Positions 10,867-21,087 of a stretch of 64,000 bases of DNA are shown here, one piece after another. Source of the DNA: an uncultured cyanobacterium (GTDB taxonomy: Bacteria; Cyanobacteriota; Cyanobacteriia; Cyanobacteriales; CAWUOF01); NCBI GenBank assembly GCA_963744145.1, contig CAVUSO010000001.1:6016001-6080000 (forward strand). The letters are read 5' to 3'. The notes under the pieces are model-generated. The model had not been told where the DNA came from. It made no database searches and saw only the letters and a list, made by a program, of their open reading frames with translations. Position 1 is the stretch's first letter; each line of letters opens with the position of its first letter. The position numbers and the translations under genes are program-made.

Positions 10867-11010
10867 ATATTGATTTAGATGTGCAAATTAGACATCAGCT
10901 ATTTTTAGCTATTTTTGGCTGGAATAGAGATTTTCAATGTGATCTAGTTCACAAATTTTAGTTATCGACCTATGTTAACTTAGTATCTACAGATAAAAAA
11001 AAACAACTAT

Positions 11011-11064
11011 TAGCACTACCCCATGCTAGTTCAGCCTAATTATAATATAGCATACTTAATGCTA
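11011..11064. promoter_or_regulatory. Two TAGCA-N7/8-TGCTA palindromes (candidate operators)
   Basis: TAGCActaccccaTGCTA at 11011-11028 and TAGCAtacttaaTGCTA at 11048-11064, between the divergent CCD and HTH genes. Confidence 0.35.
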
Positions 11065-11127
11065 CTTTAAATTAGTTGACGACTTGGACAACAGTACAAT
11101 TGTAATAGTATCATCAAACGGTTAATC

Positions 11128-11547
11128 ATGAACTCTGGTTACAACACTTATCAAATGATTACTGAAATATTTAGAGTAACAATGGAACGCTATCGGATAT
11201 CTGCTAAACAGCTATCAAAAGTGTCAGGAGTTAGTGAAAATCATATATCTGAGTTTCGTCGTCATAAAACTGGAATTTCGACGGAAGTATTAGGAAAACT
11301 ACTAGATGCAATGGAAGAAATCCAACCAGGATCTCGGGCTTACTTTTGTTCTAGATTAGCAAATGGGAATGATGCAGAAATTACTAACCAAAAGTCTGCT
11401 CCAAAAGAATTAGAGTCTCTGTGGGAAATTCAAAATCTAGTTGATGGATTATCAGATAACCAATTAGCATTACTCCTGATGGTGATTGCAACAAGAATCA
11501 AAGCTAATGCTTTAGCAAGTGTTAAAGGAATGGAGCGCATTGGTTAA
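11128..11547 (+). CDS. XRE/Cro-like helix-turn-helix protein
   Basis: ISAKQLSKVSGVSENHISEFRRHK matches an XRE-type HTH and is followed by a short helical C-terminal domain. Confidence 0.75.
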   Translation: MNSGYNTYQMITEIFRVTMERYRISAKQLSKVSGVSENHISEFRRHKTGISTEVLGKLLDAMEEIQPGSRAYFCSRLANGNDAEITNQKSAPKELESLWEIQNLVDGLSDNQLALLLMVIATRIKANALASVKGMERIG

Positions 11548-11709
11548 TCATTGCCCGATTATCTTTATTGGTGATCAACCCAATTAATTAGGATGGGATT
11601 AAATTTCGCTAATTTTTAATCAATAGCAATTTTTATCCGGCTAAATTTTGATCAAAAAAGACTTTAGCGTAAACTATAATCATCAGCAGAAGCTTAACCA
11701 ATATTAACC

Positions 11710-13812
11710 ATGACCAATCGCTTAATCCAATCCCAAAGCTTATACCTTCGCAAACACGCGGAAAATCCAATTGATTGGTGGTTCTGGTGTGAGGAAGCTT
11801 TAGAAACTGCACATCAACAGAATAAACCGATTTTCCTGTCGATCGGCTATTCTAGCTGTCATTGGTGTACCGTGATGGAAGGAGAAGCATTTTCTGATCG
11901 GGCGATCGCTGAATATATGAATGCTAATTTTATCCCGATTAAAGTAGATCGGGAAGAACGTCCAGATTTAGATAGTATTTATATGCAAGCGTTGCAAATG
12001 ATGACTGGACAAGGTGGATGGCCATTAAATATTTTTCTGACTCCGGAAGATCGAGTACCATTTTATGGTGGTACTTACTTTCCGATCGAACCCCGCTACA
12101 ATCGTCCCGGTTTTTTACAAGTGCTCCAAGCAATTCGTCGTTATTACGACCAAGAAAAAATTAAACTCCAAGAATTCAAAGTCGAAATTATTAGCTCCCT
12201 CCAACAAGCAGCATTATTAGGAATAACTGAATCAACCCATCAGGAGATCAAAATTGAGCAATGGAAACGTGGGTTAGAAGTAAATATAGGTGCGATCGCA
12301 GTTGAAGAGGGTGGACCGAATTTTCCCATGATTCCTTACGCGGAAGTAAGTTTAAGAGCAAGTCGATTTCTTCCTGGTAGTCGTTGGGGAGAAAAACCCT
12401 TTAAATATGATCCTCAACAAGTCAGTAAAAAACGAGGTTTAGCTTTAGCTTTAGGGGGAATTTATGATCATGTTGCGGGTGGATTTCATCGCTATACAGT
12501 TGATGAGAATTGGACTGTACCCCATTTTGAAAAAATGCTCTATGATAATGGTCAAATTCTCGAATATTTGGCAAATTTATGGAGTACAGGATACCATGAA
12601 CCAGCTTTGGAGCGTGCAGTATTAGGAACAGTTCAATGGTTAAAAAGAGAAATGACTTCTCCTCAAGGTTTCTTTTATGCTGCTCAAGATGCTGATAGTT
12701 TCACTCAACCAACAGCCAAGGAACCGGAAGAAGGAGCTTTTTATGTCTGGAGCTATCAAGAATTAGCCCAAATTCTCAATGATGCAGAATTGACTGAACT
12801 CCAAGCTCAATTTACAGTTACTCCTCATGGTAATTTTGAAAATTTTAATGTTTTGCAGCGGTTACATCCTGGTAAACTGAGTGAGAATCTAGAAGCTATT
12901 CTCGCTCAACTTTTTCAAGTTCGCTATGGGACAGCTCCACAGGATTTATTAACATTTCCTCCAGCTTATAATAGTCAAGAAGCTAAAACTAGGTCATGGT
13001 TAGGGAGAATTCCGACCGTGACAGATCCAAAAATGATTGTAGCTTGGAATAGTTTGATGATTTCTGGTTTAGCTAGAGCTTATAGTGTTTTTGGTAATCG
13101 GGAATATTTAGAATTAGCAGTGAATGCAGCTAACTTTATTTTAGCTAATCAATGGCAAGAAAAACGATTTCATCGACTCAATTATGACGGTCATCCTGCG
13201 GTGTTAGCTCAATCCGAAGATTATGCTTTATTTATGAAAGCTTTGTTAGATTTACAGCAAGCATCCTTAGTCAATAGCGATCAGTCAATTTCTGGAATCC
13301 ACGCTAGTTTTTGGTTAGAAAAAGCGATCGCAATCCAAGCCGAATTCGATCAATTACTATGGAATCAGGAATTAGGTGGATACTATAATAATGAAGATAG
13401 TCAAGATTTATTAGTCAGAGAACGTAGTTATATCGATCATGCTACTCCTGCACCTAATGGAGTCGCGATCGCTAATTTAATTCGATTAGCAATCTTAACT
13501 AATGATCTCAAATATCTAGACCAAGCTCAACAAGGACTACAAGCTTTTAGCAGTATCATCAATCGTTCTCCCCAAGCTTGTCCAAGTCTATTTACAGCTC
13601 TAGATTGGTATCATCATCATTATCTCGTCCAGACTTCAAGTGATGCGATCGCTCAACTAAGTCGTAACTATTTACCCACAGCTATTTTAGCTTTAGAAAC
13701 TAACTTACCTAAAGATACAGTTGGATTAGTCTGTCAAGGATTAACTTGTCAAGAACCAGCTCTGAGTTATGAGCAATTATGGGAACAAGTGCAAAAAATC
13801 AGTAACCTGTAG
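11710..13812 (+). CDS. YyaL/SPATA20-family thioredoxin-domain protein (DUF255 plus alpha/alpha barrel)
   Basis: MTNRLIQSQSLYLRKHAENP, IGYSSCHWCTVM, KVDREERPDLD, GGWPLN, VPHFEKMLYDNGQ. Confidence 0.92.
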   Translation: MTNRLIQSQSLYLRKHAENPIDWWFWCEEALETAHQQNKPIFLSIGYSSCHWCTVMEGEAFSDRAIAEYMNANFIPIKVDREERPDLDSIYMQALQMMTGQGGWPLNIFLTPEDRVPFYGGTYFPIEPRYNRPGFLQVLQAIRRYYDQEKIKLQEFKVEIISSLQQAALLGITESTHQEIKIEQWKRGLEVNIGAIAVEEGGPNFPMIPYAEVSLRASRFLPGSRWGEKPFKYDPQQVSKKRGLALALGGIYDHVAGGFHRYTVDENWTVPHFEKMLYDNGQILEYLANLWSTGYHEPALERAVLGTVQWLKREMTSPQGFFYAAQDADSFTQPTAKEPEEGAFYVWSYQELAQILNDAELTELQAQFTVTPHGNFENFNVLQRLHPGKLSENLEAILAQLFQVRYGTAPQDLLTFPPAYNSQEAKTRSWLGRIPTVTDPKMIVAWNSLMISGLARAYSVFGNREYLELAVNAANFILANQWQEKRFHRLNYDGHPAVLAQSEDYALFMKALLDLQQASLVNSDQSISGIHASFWLEKAIAIQAEFDQLLWNQELGGYYNNEDSQDLLVRERSYIDHATPAPNGVAIANLIRLAILTNDLKYLDQAQQGLQAFSSIINRSPQACPSLFTALDWYHHHYLVQTSSDAIAQLSRNYLPTAILALETNLPKDTVGLVCQGLTCQEPALSYEQLWEQVQKISNL

Positions 13813-14247
13813 GGGCGAAGCATTCGGGCGATAATTCACCACTTAAATCCATTAATTTTATATCCGAATGCTTCGCCCGGTTCTTCGTCGGGATCTCCAA
13901 AAAAAAATCTTAACTGAATGTATTTTAATATCTAATGGGAACAAGTGCAAAAAATCAGTAACCTGTAGGGGCGAAGCATTCGGGCGATAATTCACCACTT
14001 AAATTCATTAATTTTATATCCGAATGCTTCGCCCGGTTCTTCGTCGGGATCTCCAAAAAAAAAATCTTAACTGAATGTATTTTAATATCTAATGGGAACA
14101 AGTGCAAAAAATCAGTAACCTGTAGGGGCGAAGCATTCGGGCGATAATTCACCACTTAAATCCATTAATTTTATATCCGAATGCTTCGCCCGGTTCTTCG
14201 TCGGGATCTCCAAAAAAAAATCTTAACTGAATGTATTTTAATATCTA
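13779..14247. repeat. Tandem triplication of a 156/157/156-bp unit
   Basis: Units start at 13779, 13935 and 14092 (ATGGGAACAAGTGC...AATATCTA). Copy 2 differs by one C>T change and an A10 run instead of A9. Confidence 0.97.
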
Positions 14248-14346
14248 GTTGATCTGTTGATTGCATAGATGGCGAGGGCAAAGCATTTCGGTAATATTAT
14301 TCTTCGTTTAAGCAATCATTTATTCGCCGAAATGCTTTGCCCCTAC
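13809..14346. mobile_element. Composite GTAG-type REP/MITE element (hairpin pairs bounded by GTAG...CTAC), left part triplicated
   Basis: GTAGGGGCGAAGCATTCGG...CCGAATGCTTCGCCC occurs three times, then GGGCAAAGCATTTCGG...CCGAAATGCTTTGCCCCTAC. Bases 14221-14346 are a diverged inverted copy of 26797-26922. Confidence 0.8.
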
Positions 14347-14400
14347 GGTTAACTTTTTTGTTGTGGGACAGACATCTTTTCTGTTCAATAAATTGATCAA

Positions 14401-16278
14401 CTACTCCTTAATTTTTTGACTTGGGATAATTTTTTCCAAACCAATTAAAGCTTCCATCACTGATTTAACTACTGGTGCTGCTACAGTTGCTCCAGCTCCA
14501 CCTTGAGGTTCATCGACTACAGCTAAAACGACATAACGAGGAGAATTGATGGGAAAAATGCCCACAAAACTGGTAATTTTAGCATAGTCAGAATAACCAC
14601 CCGTATCATTATTAGCTTTTTGAGCGGTTCCGGTTTTACCAGCAATCCGATAACCAGGAATTTGAGCTGGTTTCCCAGTACCTTCGGTTACCACCTTTTC
14701 CATCATTTCTAATACAGCTTGAGTATTTTTCTGGGAAAAAACTTGTCTTGGTGCTGGTAAATTAGGTTGCCAATAAAGTTGTCCCTCGCTGTCAAACAGA
14801 CCCTGAACAACATGGGGTGTTACCAATTTGCCTCCATTAGCTAGAGTAGCATGGAGTTGAGCCATCTGGATTGGCGTTAAAGCAACACCTTGACCAAAAG
14901 CAGTAGTCGCAGCATCAATATGTGATCCTTGATATTGCTCACGAGATTTGAGCTGACTTGGAGCTTCAAAGGGTAAATCAATCCCAGATGTTTGTCCGAG
15001 TCCTAATCTTTCTAACCAATCATGGTAAATTTCTGGTTTCAAGGTTTGCACAATATGCACCATTCCCACATTGCTCGAATATTTGATAATATCCGTCACA
15101 CTTAAGGGTCCATGACCTCCAGCATAATCAAAATCATAGTTTTGAATTGGCCAACCATCAATATAGATTTGACCCTCATCGTTAAATACACTATCAGGTT
15201 TAATCTTTCCTGCTTCTAGTGCGATCGCGACATTGATCGGTTTAAAGGTCGAACCCGGTTCATAAGTATCCGATAGAGCCCAATTTTTAAAGTTCTCGGC
15301 ATTTTTGACTTGGAAATAGTAATTTGGATCGTAGGTAGGTTCACAAACTAAAGATAATAACGAACCATCTTTCGCATCCATGACAATAACTGTGCCACGT
15401 TTGGCATGAAACAGTTGCATTTGCTGTTTTAAGGCGTTACGTGCTGCACGTTGTAAGCGATGATCAATAGTAAGTTGTAAACGCAGATCGTCTAAATGCA
15501 GAAACCCTCCGGGCATTTGATCTGGTATCCAAGCACCCAGACTACTGAGGGTAAAACTAATTTCGGGTACTGCTCTTTCTAGGATATTTTGTTGGCTATA
15601 TTCTAAACCGGCTTGACCTTTTCGATCTAAATTCACATAACCCACAACTTCTGCACCGATCTCTTGATGAGGATAGATCCGTTGTTGTTCGGGTACTAGT
15701 TCTAATCCATCTAAATAGAGATTAGCAATTCGATTAGCCAGATTTTCTGGTAAAGAAAATTCGATTCTAATTCCACTATCCCTAGTTTGAAATTGTTTGA
15801 CTAAGTCGGTCACGGTCAGACCTAAAATTGGCCCGATTTGGCTAGCGATCGCTTCTGGTGTTTTCTTAAATAGTTTCGGGTGGGCATATAATGTATAAAC
15901 TTGTTGGTCGATCGCTAAAGCATTGCCATTGCGGTCTATAATTGGTCGGCGAGGTACAAAGGGACGCATGGTAGTTTGCTGCTGACTTTTAGCCAGTTCT
16001 CGCAATTCCCGACCCTGAAGTATTTGTAATCGAAATAAATTGAGACACAGTCCCAATACTCCGACCAATAATATTCCTCCCACTAAGGCTAATCTGAATC
16101 TTGATGCTTGAGCATTAATATTGATGGTTTTTAAGCGCCGATCGCGTGAGGATACCTGGGAAGGTGGAGATCGCTTAATTTGGGGATGACTAGCAGGATT
16201 TCCCCGAGGAGATTTGGGGGGAAGGGGTCGAGAACGACGACGGAAACGGTCAAAGGTTGAACCTTTGGTCATAATCAA
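14401..16278 (-). CDS. ftsI: Class B penicillin-binding protein (FtsI/PBP3-like)
   Basis: N-terminal TM, RRPIIDRNG, SxxK (GSTFKP), SxN (SSNVG) and KTG (GKTGTAQK). It lies downstream of an ftsL-like gene. Confidence 0.85.
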   Translation of the reverse strand: MIMTKGSTFDRFRRRSRPLPPKSPRGNPASHPQIKRSPPSQVSSRDRRLKTININAQASRFRLALVGGILLVGVLGLCLNLFRLQILQGRELRELAKSQQQTTMRPFVPRRPIIDRNGNALAIDQQVYTLYAHPKLFKKTPEAIASQIGPILGLTVTDLVKQFQTRDSGIRIEFSLPENLANRIANLYLDGLELVPEQQRIYPHQEIGAEVVGYVNLDRKGQAGLEYSQQNILERAVPEISFTLSSLGAWIPDQMPGGFLHLDDLRLQLTIDHRLQRAARNALKQQMQLFHAKRGTVIVMDAKDGSLLSLVCEPTYDPNYYFQVKNAENFKNWALSDTYEPGSTFKPINVAIALEAGKIKPDSVFNDEGQIYIDGWPIQNYDFDYAGGHGPLSVTDIIKYSSNVGMVHIVQTLKPEIYHDWLERLGLGQTSGIDLPFEAPSQLKSREQYQGSHIDAATTAFGQGVALTPIQMAQLHATLANGGKLVTPHVVQGLFDSEGQLYWQPNLPAPRQVFSQKNTQAVLEMMEKVVTEGTGKPAQIPGYRIAGKTGTAQKANNDTGGYSDYAKITSFVGIFPINSPRYVVLAVVDEPQGGAGATVAAPVVKSVMEALIGLEKIIPSQKIKE

Positions 16279-16283
16279 TCTCC

Positions 16284-16802
16284 TTAGTATCCCAAAGGTG
16301 TAGCAGGATTAATCGCTCTATGATTGGTTTGGCGATCGGGATTGGGTGGGACTGGACGCGGGGGAGCTGGAGCTAAAAAGACCAAATGGTCAGGTTTTTG
16401 CGGTACTAACCCGGAATGAGGATTTTCGGCTTCTTGGGCCATTTGTTTTTTCAGTAGTTCACTTGCAGTGCTTAATTGTCGCTCTTGTCGTTGGAGGCTT
16501 TCTAATTTCTGGTATTCTTGGCTCCATAACCTTTGGGAATATACAGTCCAGCTATACATGGTCAGGGTCACCACTATGACCAGAAAGGTAATTCCAGAGG
16601 TAGGTTGTTCGATTTTTTGTAGCGATCGCAACCACCACGGCATAATTTGCGGTGATGGCATGATTTTGAGATTTTGTTGGTTTTTTGACTGATTTGGTCT
16701 GCTAGTACGATTTTTAGCGTTGATCGATGTGATTTTGGTTGAACTTGAGGAGCCACTTTGAGGTTTTCTAGTCCCGGGAGAAGTGTTAAGAGCAACTGAC
16801 AT
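16284..16802 (-). CDS. FtsL-like bitopic coiled-coil cell-division protein
   Basis: A single TM helix followed by a coiled coil, immediately upstream of ftsI. Likely start is ATG 16802. Confidence 0.6.
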   Translation of the reverse strand: MSVALNTSPGTRKPQSGSSSSTKITSINAKNRTSRPNQSKNQQNLKIMPSPQIMPWWLRSLQKIEQPTSGITFLVIVVTLTMYSWTVYSQRLWSQEYQKLESLQRQERQLSTASELLKKQMAQEAENPHSGLVPQKPDHLVFLAPAPPRPVPPNPDRQTNHRAINPATPLGY

Positions 16803-16894
16803 AAATTTCACAGATAAAGGTATTTAGCCTAATTTCCAGACAGCAAGATTTATTTTTTGTCTAGAGGATCGGCCATTTTATTCCCATCCTAACA

Positions 16895-19000
16895 TTAGGG
16901 ATTTGGTTGATTGTAATAATTTACAGGGATTTCAATGATAAATTCCGTGCCCTTTTGTGGTGTTGAGTTACAGATTAATTTTCCTTGATGTTGATTGACG
17001 ATGGTTTGATAGCTAACTGTTAAGCCCAATCCACTCCCGCTCCCAATCCCTTTAGTCGTAAAAAAAGGATCGAAAATTTTTGATTGAATTTCCTGATTAA
17101 TTCCCGGACCGTTATCCGCGATCGCAATTCTTACCCAATCCCTATTTGGTTCGAGCCCTGGGATCATCTCAGTACGGATCGTTAAGGTTTTTGGCTCAAT
17201 CGGGTAATTTTTGAGAGCTTCGATCGCGTTGAGCAGGATATTCATAAATACTTGATTAAGCTGACTGGGGTAACATTCCACTGGAGGTAATTTTGCATAA
17301 TTCCGAATTATCTGAATATTTTTTTTAATTGTCCCTTCCAAAATTAGCAAGGTACTTTCTAATCCGGTATGAATATCAACCGATTTATGTTCAGCTTCAT
17401 CTAAGCGAGAAAAATTTCGTAGTGCTAAAACAATCTCACGAATGCGCTCTGCACCTGTATTCATTGATTTTAAGATTAAAGGCAGATCGCGGAGTAAAAA
17501 ATCTATTTCTACTTCTTGGGAAATACTAACTAATTCCGGTTGGGGCTGAGGATAGTAGGTTTGATATCCTACGAGTAACCGGATTAAATCATTCACATAG
17601 CGTTCAATATAAGGGATATTGCCATAAATAAAGCTGACTGGATTGTTAATTTCGTGAGCAACTCCAGCTACGAGTTGTCCTAAGCTGGAGAGTTTTTCAC
17701 TTTGGATTAACTGTGCTTGAGTTAGTTGTAATTCCCGGAGTGTTTTTGCGAGGTATTCTGCTTGAGCTGCACTAGCAGCAGCTTGTTTTTGGGTTTGAGC
17801 GTATAATTTTGCTTGTTGAATGGAAATTGCTAGTTGATCTGCTACTGCTTCAGCTAGTTCTTGATCGTTTTTTGACCAGTAGCGAACGTGAGAACATTGA
17901 TTCAGATAAAGAATAGCATGGAGTTGTTCATTTGCTTGAACTGGGAGGACTAAAGAAGAACGGATTTGCGCTTTTTGATATTCTGGTTGATTTGGACCAA
18001 TGCGCGGATCTTGGGTAATATCAGAAATAATTACTGGTTGACGATTTTCGATTACCCATTCAGTAATTGGTCCGTGAGGATCAAAATCATTGATGGTGGA
18101 AGGAAAAGGTTCTTGATATACTTCAAATAGGTGCTGACGACGAAAAACTTCTGATAATTCATTGACTTCTTCGACTAAATGCACTAAACATCTGTCTACT
18201 TGTAAAGCTTGTAAGAGTTGGGCGATCGCTTGGGTTAAGATCGTTTCTAGATCGAAACTTTGGCGAGTTTGATTGGTAATTTGATTGACTAGTTTTTCTT
18301 TGGCTGCTTGTTTTTGGGTTTGTTCATATAATTGTGCTTGATGGATCGCGATTTCTAATTGTTGTGCGATCGATTGCATAAATTCTATTTCCCCACTAGA
18401 CCATTCCCTAGCATGGTTAGATAAGCAAGATATAAATCCAATTTGATCCGGTTGAGCTTTGACTGGTACTAATAAATAAGCTGGTGCTTCTAACCGGGAT
18501 AAATTTCCCAAGCATTCCCAAAGTTGCGGATTGACTCTCTCTAAGTTTTGCAGATTTTCCCCATCTTGATGATCAACACTATTTTTAATTACTAATTCTC
18601 CTTGCGCGATCGCTGGTGCGACACTCCCAAATAGGGCTAATGGATAATATTTTGGTTGAGCTGGGTGCCCATGATTCCAATTTTCTTGATCGCTGTTAAT
18701 TGGGGGATGATTTGGTATTGCTAAATCCTTTAATTCGATTACGTTTAAAAGTGGATTCTTATGGATAACCTCATCGGCAATTTGGACTCGATTTGTATCC
18801 GCAAAATACCAAAAAAAACTGCATCGATCTAAATTTAATAAGCTGGCTGTTTCTGCGACAGCTGTTTTGATCACAACTTTTAACTCTAATGAGTTCCGAA
18901 TGCGGTCAACTATTTTCCGCAATAACGAGCTTTGATAGGTTGAATTTTGATTGAGTGACAATTTTGATGCTAAGGTGTCAATGGGTAATATTTTTGGCAT
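16895..19000 (-). CDS. GAF-GAF sensor histidine kinase
   Basis: Two GAF domains (IRNSLEL...DRC; TRQSFDL...DRC), H-box VAHEINNP and HATPase motifs. Confidence 0.9.
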   Translation of the reverse strand: MPKILPIDTLASKLSLNQNSTYQSSLLRKIVDRIRNSLELKVVIKTAVAETASLLNLDRCSFFWYFADTNRVQIADEVIHKNPLLNVIELKDLAIPNHPPINSDQENWNHGHPAQPKYYPLALFGSVAPAIAQGELVIKNSVDHQDGENLQNLERVNPQLWECLGNLSRLEAPAYLLVPVKAQPDQIGFISCLSNHAREWSSGEIEFMQSIAQQLEIAIHQAQLYEQTQKQAAKEKLVNQITNQTRQSFDLETILTQAIAQLLQALQVDRCLVHLVEEVNELSEVFRRQHLFEVYQEPFPSTINDFDPHGPITEWVIENRQPVIISDITQDPRIGPNQPEYQKAQIRSSLVLPVQANEQLHAILYLNQCSHVRYWSKNDQELAEAVADQLAISIQQAKLYAQTQKQAAASAAQAEYLAKTLRELQLTQAQLIQSEKLSSLGQLVAGVAHEINNPVSFIYGNIPYIERYVNDLIRLLVGYQTYYPQPQPELVSISQEVEIDFLLRDLPLILKSMNTGAERIREIVLALRNFSRLDEAEHKSVDIHTGLESTLLILEGTIKKNIQIIRNYAKLPPVECYPSQLNQVFMNILLNAIEALKNYPIEPKTLTIRTEMIPGLEPNRDWVRIAIADNGPGINQEIQSKIFDPFFTTKGIGSGSGLGLTVSYQTIVNQHQGKLICNSTPQKGTEFIIEIPVNYYNQPNP

Positions 19001-19302
19001 AATAGAAAAAAGAGCAATACTGAGTAAACTTGAACCATAATTTTAATTACTCGTGTTGTCAACGAACTTCCACCTGTACTATTTTTCTACCTCCTGTAGA
19101 GCAAATATGTTCTAACCAAGAGTTGCTGATTGCAATAAATTTCAATGATTAATCAGACTTTTGATTTGGATGAAAATTTTTCTAAATGTATTTAGACAAC
19201 ACTTAGATGCAATTAAAGCATAAAACTATTGGCATTTTTTGTATCTTATCATACCGTTTCCTGTTAAATTAATTGTGCTCTGAGCATCGGGATTAAATCG
19301 AC

Positions 19303-21087
19303 TTAAGGAACAAATGCTAATACACCAACCGGAGAACCCGAACCACCGGAGAGACGAAGAACTCCGATCGCTAAGGTAATTTCCTGAGTAGGTAGCTGAT
19401 CTAAATTAGTTAAATTTTCCAAAACAATACGAGGTTTTGCCAATACTAAACGATTGCTGATAAAAGTTAAATCTTGTCCTCCATCTATCCCATGAGTATC
19501 AATTCCTATCCCAGCGATTTGGCGTTCTTGGAGCAGAAATTCTGTGCTATAATTTTCTATCCCTGGAAAATGTAATCCCCCTAATTTATCCTGATTAAAG
19601 AATGTACTTTGATCAGTCCATTTATCTTGCCATCCGGTATAAATTAACACTAAACTTCCCCTAGGAATTAACCCATAATTCTGCTCCCAATTCATAATAT
19701 CAGCGATCGTAAGGAGATAATCAGGATTGGCGGCTGATTGCTGTCTAATATCAATGACGATCGCTGGTAAAATCAATGAATCGGCAGCATATTCTTCGAT
19801 TCCTATTCCTGTACTATGAAAACTTTTTGGTGCATTAATATGAGTAGCACTATGTTCTCCTATGGTAAATTGCTGCAAATAATAACCATCTTTTTCTAAT
19901 TTTGCTATCGTGGTAAATTCTACGGGTGGATCTCCTGCCCATTGGGGAATATTTGGGGTAATTATATGGCTTAAATGAATTACTTTTGAATAGCTAATCA
20001 TTTTTTGTTTGGGAGGAGAACAAGTTAATTTGGCTAAGGTAGCTGACATTACTTCTTTCGTTTGACCAGTAACAGTAAATACTAAAGCTTCTCGATAAAT
20101 ACGTTGAGCAGCGTGAGATTGAGAAAGAGCAGCACCACTAGAAACAGTAACAGCAGCATGAGCGCACCGGACGGCTAATTCAATTGTCCAAGCTCTCAAT
20201 TCTAGCTGGTCTGTCAATTTCATATTGGTGTTTTTTTGCGCTTGTCGAATTGCCTGTTTACAGCGAATATATTCATCTTTGAAAGATTGTACTGCTCCAT
20301 CAATAAAAGATAAAGATTTCTGAGTCGCTGTTATTTCTAAAATATTAATACTAGCTAAAATACATCCTAAAGTCAAAGCAGTTGATTGTAAAACTTTCCT
20401 TTGATCATTTTGATGAATCCACCCTATAGGTTGAATTGTAACTACTTCTTCTTGTGATAAAAACCAGTTGTTAAAAGTAGCAGTAACCGTATTAGTTGAG
20501 GTCATCGCAGCCAATAACATTGGCTCACTAAAGTTGAGTATTCCTCCTGAATTTTGAGTGGTTTGAGTAAATGGTACTAACCCAAATATCGCCTGACCAT
20601 CGGGTAAATATGCACCAACAATAAATTTATGAAATAAACCCCAACCGGTTAACCATGGCACAATTCCATCTAGATAATAACCTCCATCTACAGGTACAGC
20701 TTTTACAGCTACTTTTCCCTGATGTCGCAGTTGGGAAAAACCAATAGCTATCAATATTTCACCTTTATTCATGCGCGGCAAATATTCAGACTGAAGTGCA
20801 GAATTTGTGCTTTCTAGCAAAATATTCGCTGCACTCCGATGTTGGATTTGTAAGAAAGCTAAAGCTCCTGAGTATTTGGCTAATAATTCTGTAAAACTTT
20901 GCCAAGGATCATTAACACCTAAACCACCTAATGCTTCAGGAATTTGCACAGCTAATAAGCCTAATTTACCCAGTCCTTCCAGAGCAGATTTTAAGCTGTC
21001 TGAGTTAAGATCAATTTCATTCGCTAAGGGAGCCACCGATTTTTGTAGATAAGATTCGCAGATCTCTAATAAATGTGATATTGGCAT
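19303..21087 (-). CDS. Acyl-CoA-dehydrogenase-like flavoprotein fused to a cyclase/kynurenine-formamidase-family domain
   Basis: The N-part is ACAD-like (GGYYLDGIVPWLTG, HAAQRIYREA). The C-part is cyclase-like (HLSH...WAGDP, GEHSATHINAP, GIGIDTHGID, ENLTNL, GGSGSP). Confidence 0.8.
   Translation of the reverse strand: MPISHLLEICESYLQKSVAPLANEIDLNSDSLKSALEGLGKLGLLAVQIPEALGGLGVNDPWQSFTELLAKYSGALAFLQIQHRSAANILLESTNSALQSEYLPRMNKGEILIAIGFSQLRHQGKVAVKAVPVDGGYYLDGIVPWLTGWGLFHKFIVGAYLPDGQAIFGLVPFTQTTQNSGGILNFSEPMLLAAMTSTNTVTATFNNWFLSQEEVVTIQPIGWIHQNDQRKVLQSTALTLGCILASINILEITATQKSLSFIDGAVQSFKDEYIRCKQAIRQAQKNTNMKLTDQLELRAWTIELAVRCAHAAVTVSSGAALSQSHAAQRIYREALVFTVTGQTKEVMSATLAKLTCSPPKQKMISYSKVIHLSHIITPNIPQWAGDPPVEFTTIAKLEKDGYYLQQFTIGEHSATHINAPKSFHSTGIGIEEYAADSLILPAIVIDIRQQSAANPDYLLTIADIMNWEQNYGLIPRGSLVLIYTGWQDKWTDQSTFFNQDKLGGLHFPGIENYSTEFLLQERQIAGIGIDTHGIDGGQDLTFISNRLVLAKPRIVLENLTNLDQLPTQEITLAIGVLRLSGGSGSPVGVLAFVP

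Noticed and set aside
13955..14155. 66-aa ORF MVNYRPNASPLQ...
   Set aside because: It is a translation of the REP/tandem repeat, and the peptide itself repeats. There is no sign of a real gene.
13779..14247. Possible CRISPR array (regularly spaced palindromic repeats)
   Set aside because: The whole 156-bp units are near-identical, with no unique spacers, and no cas genes are present. It is a tandem duplication.
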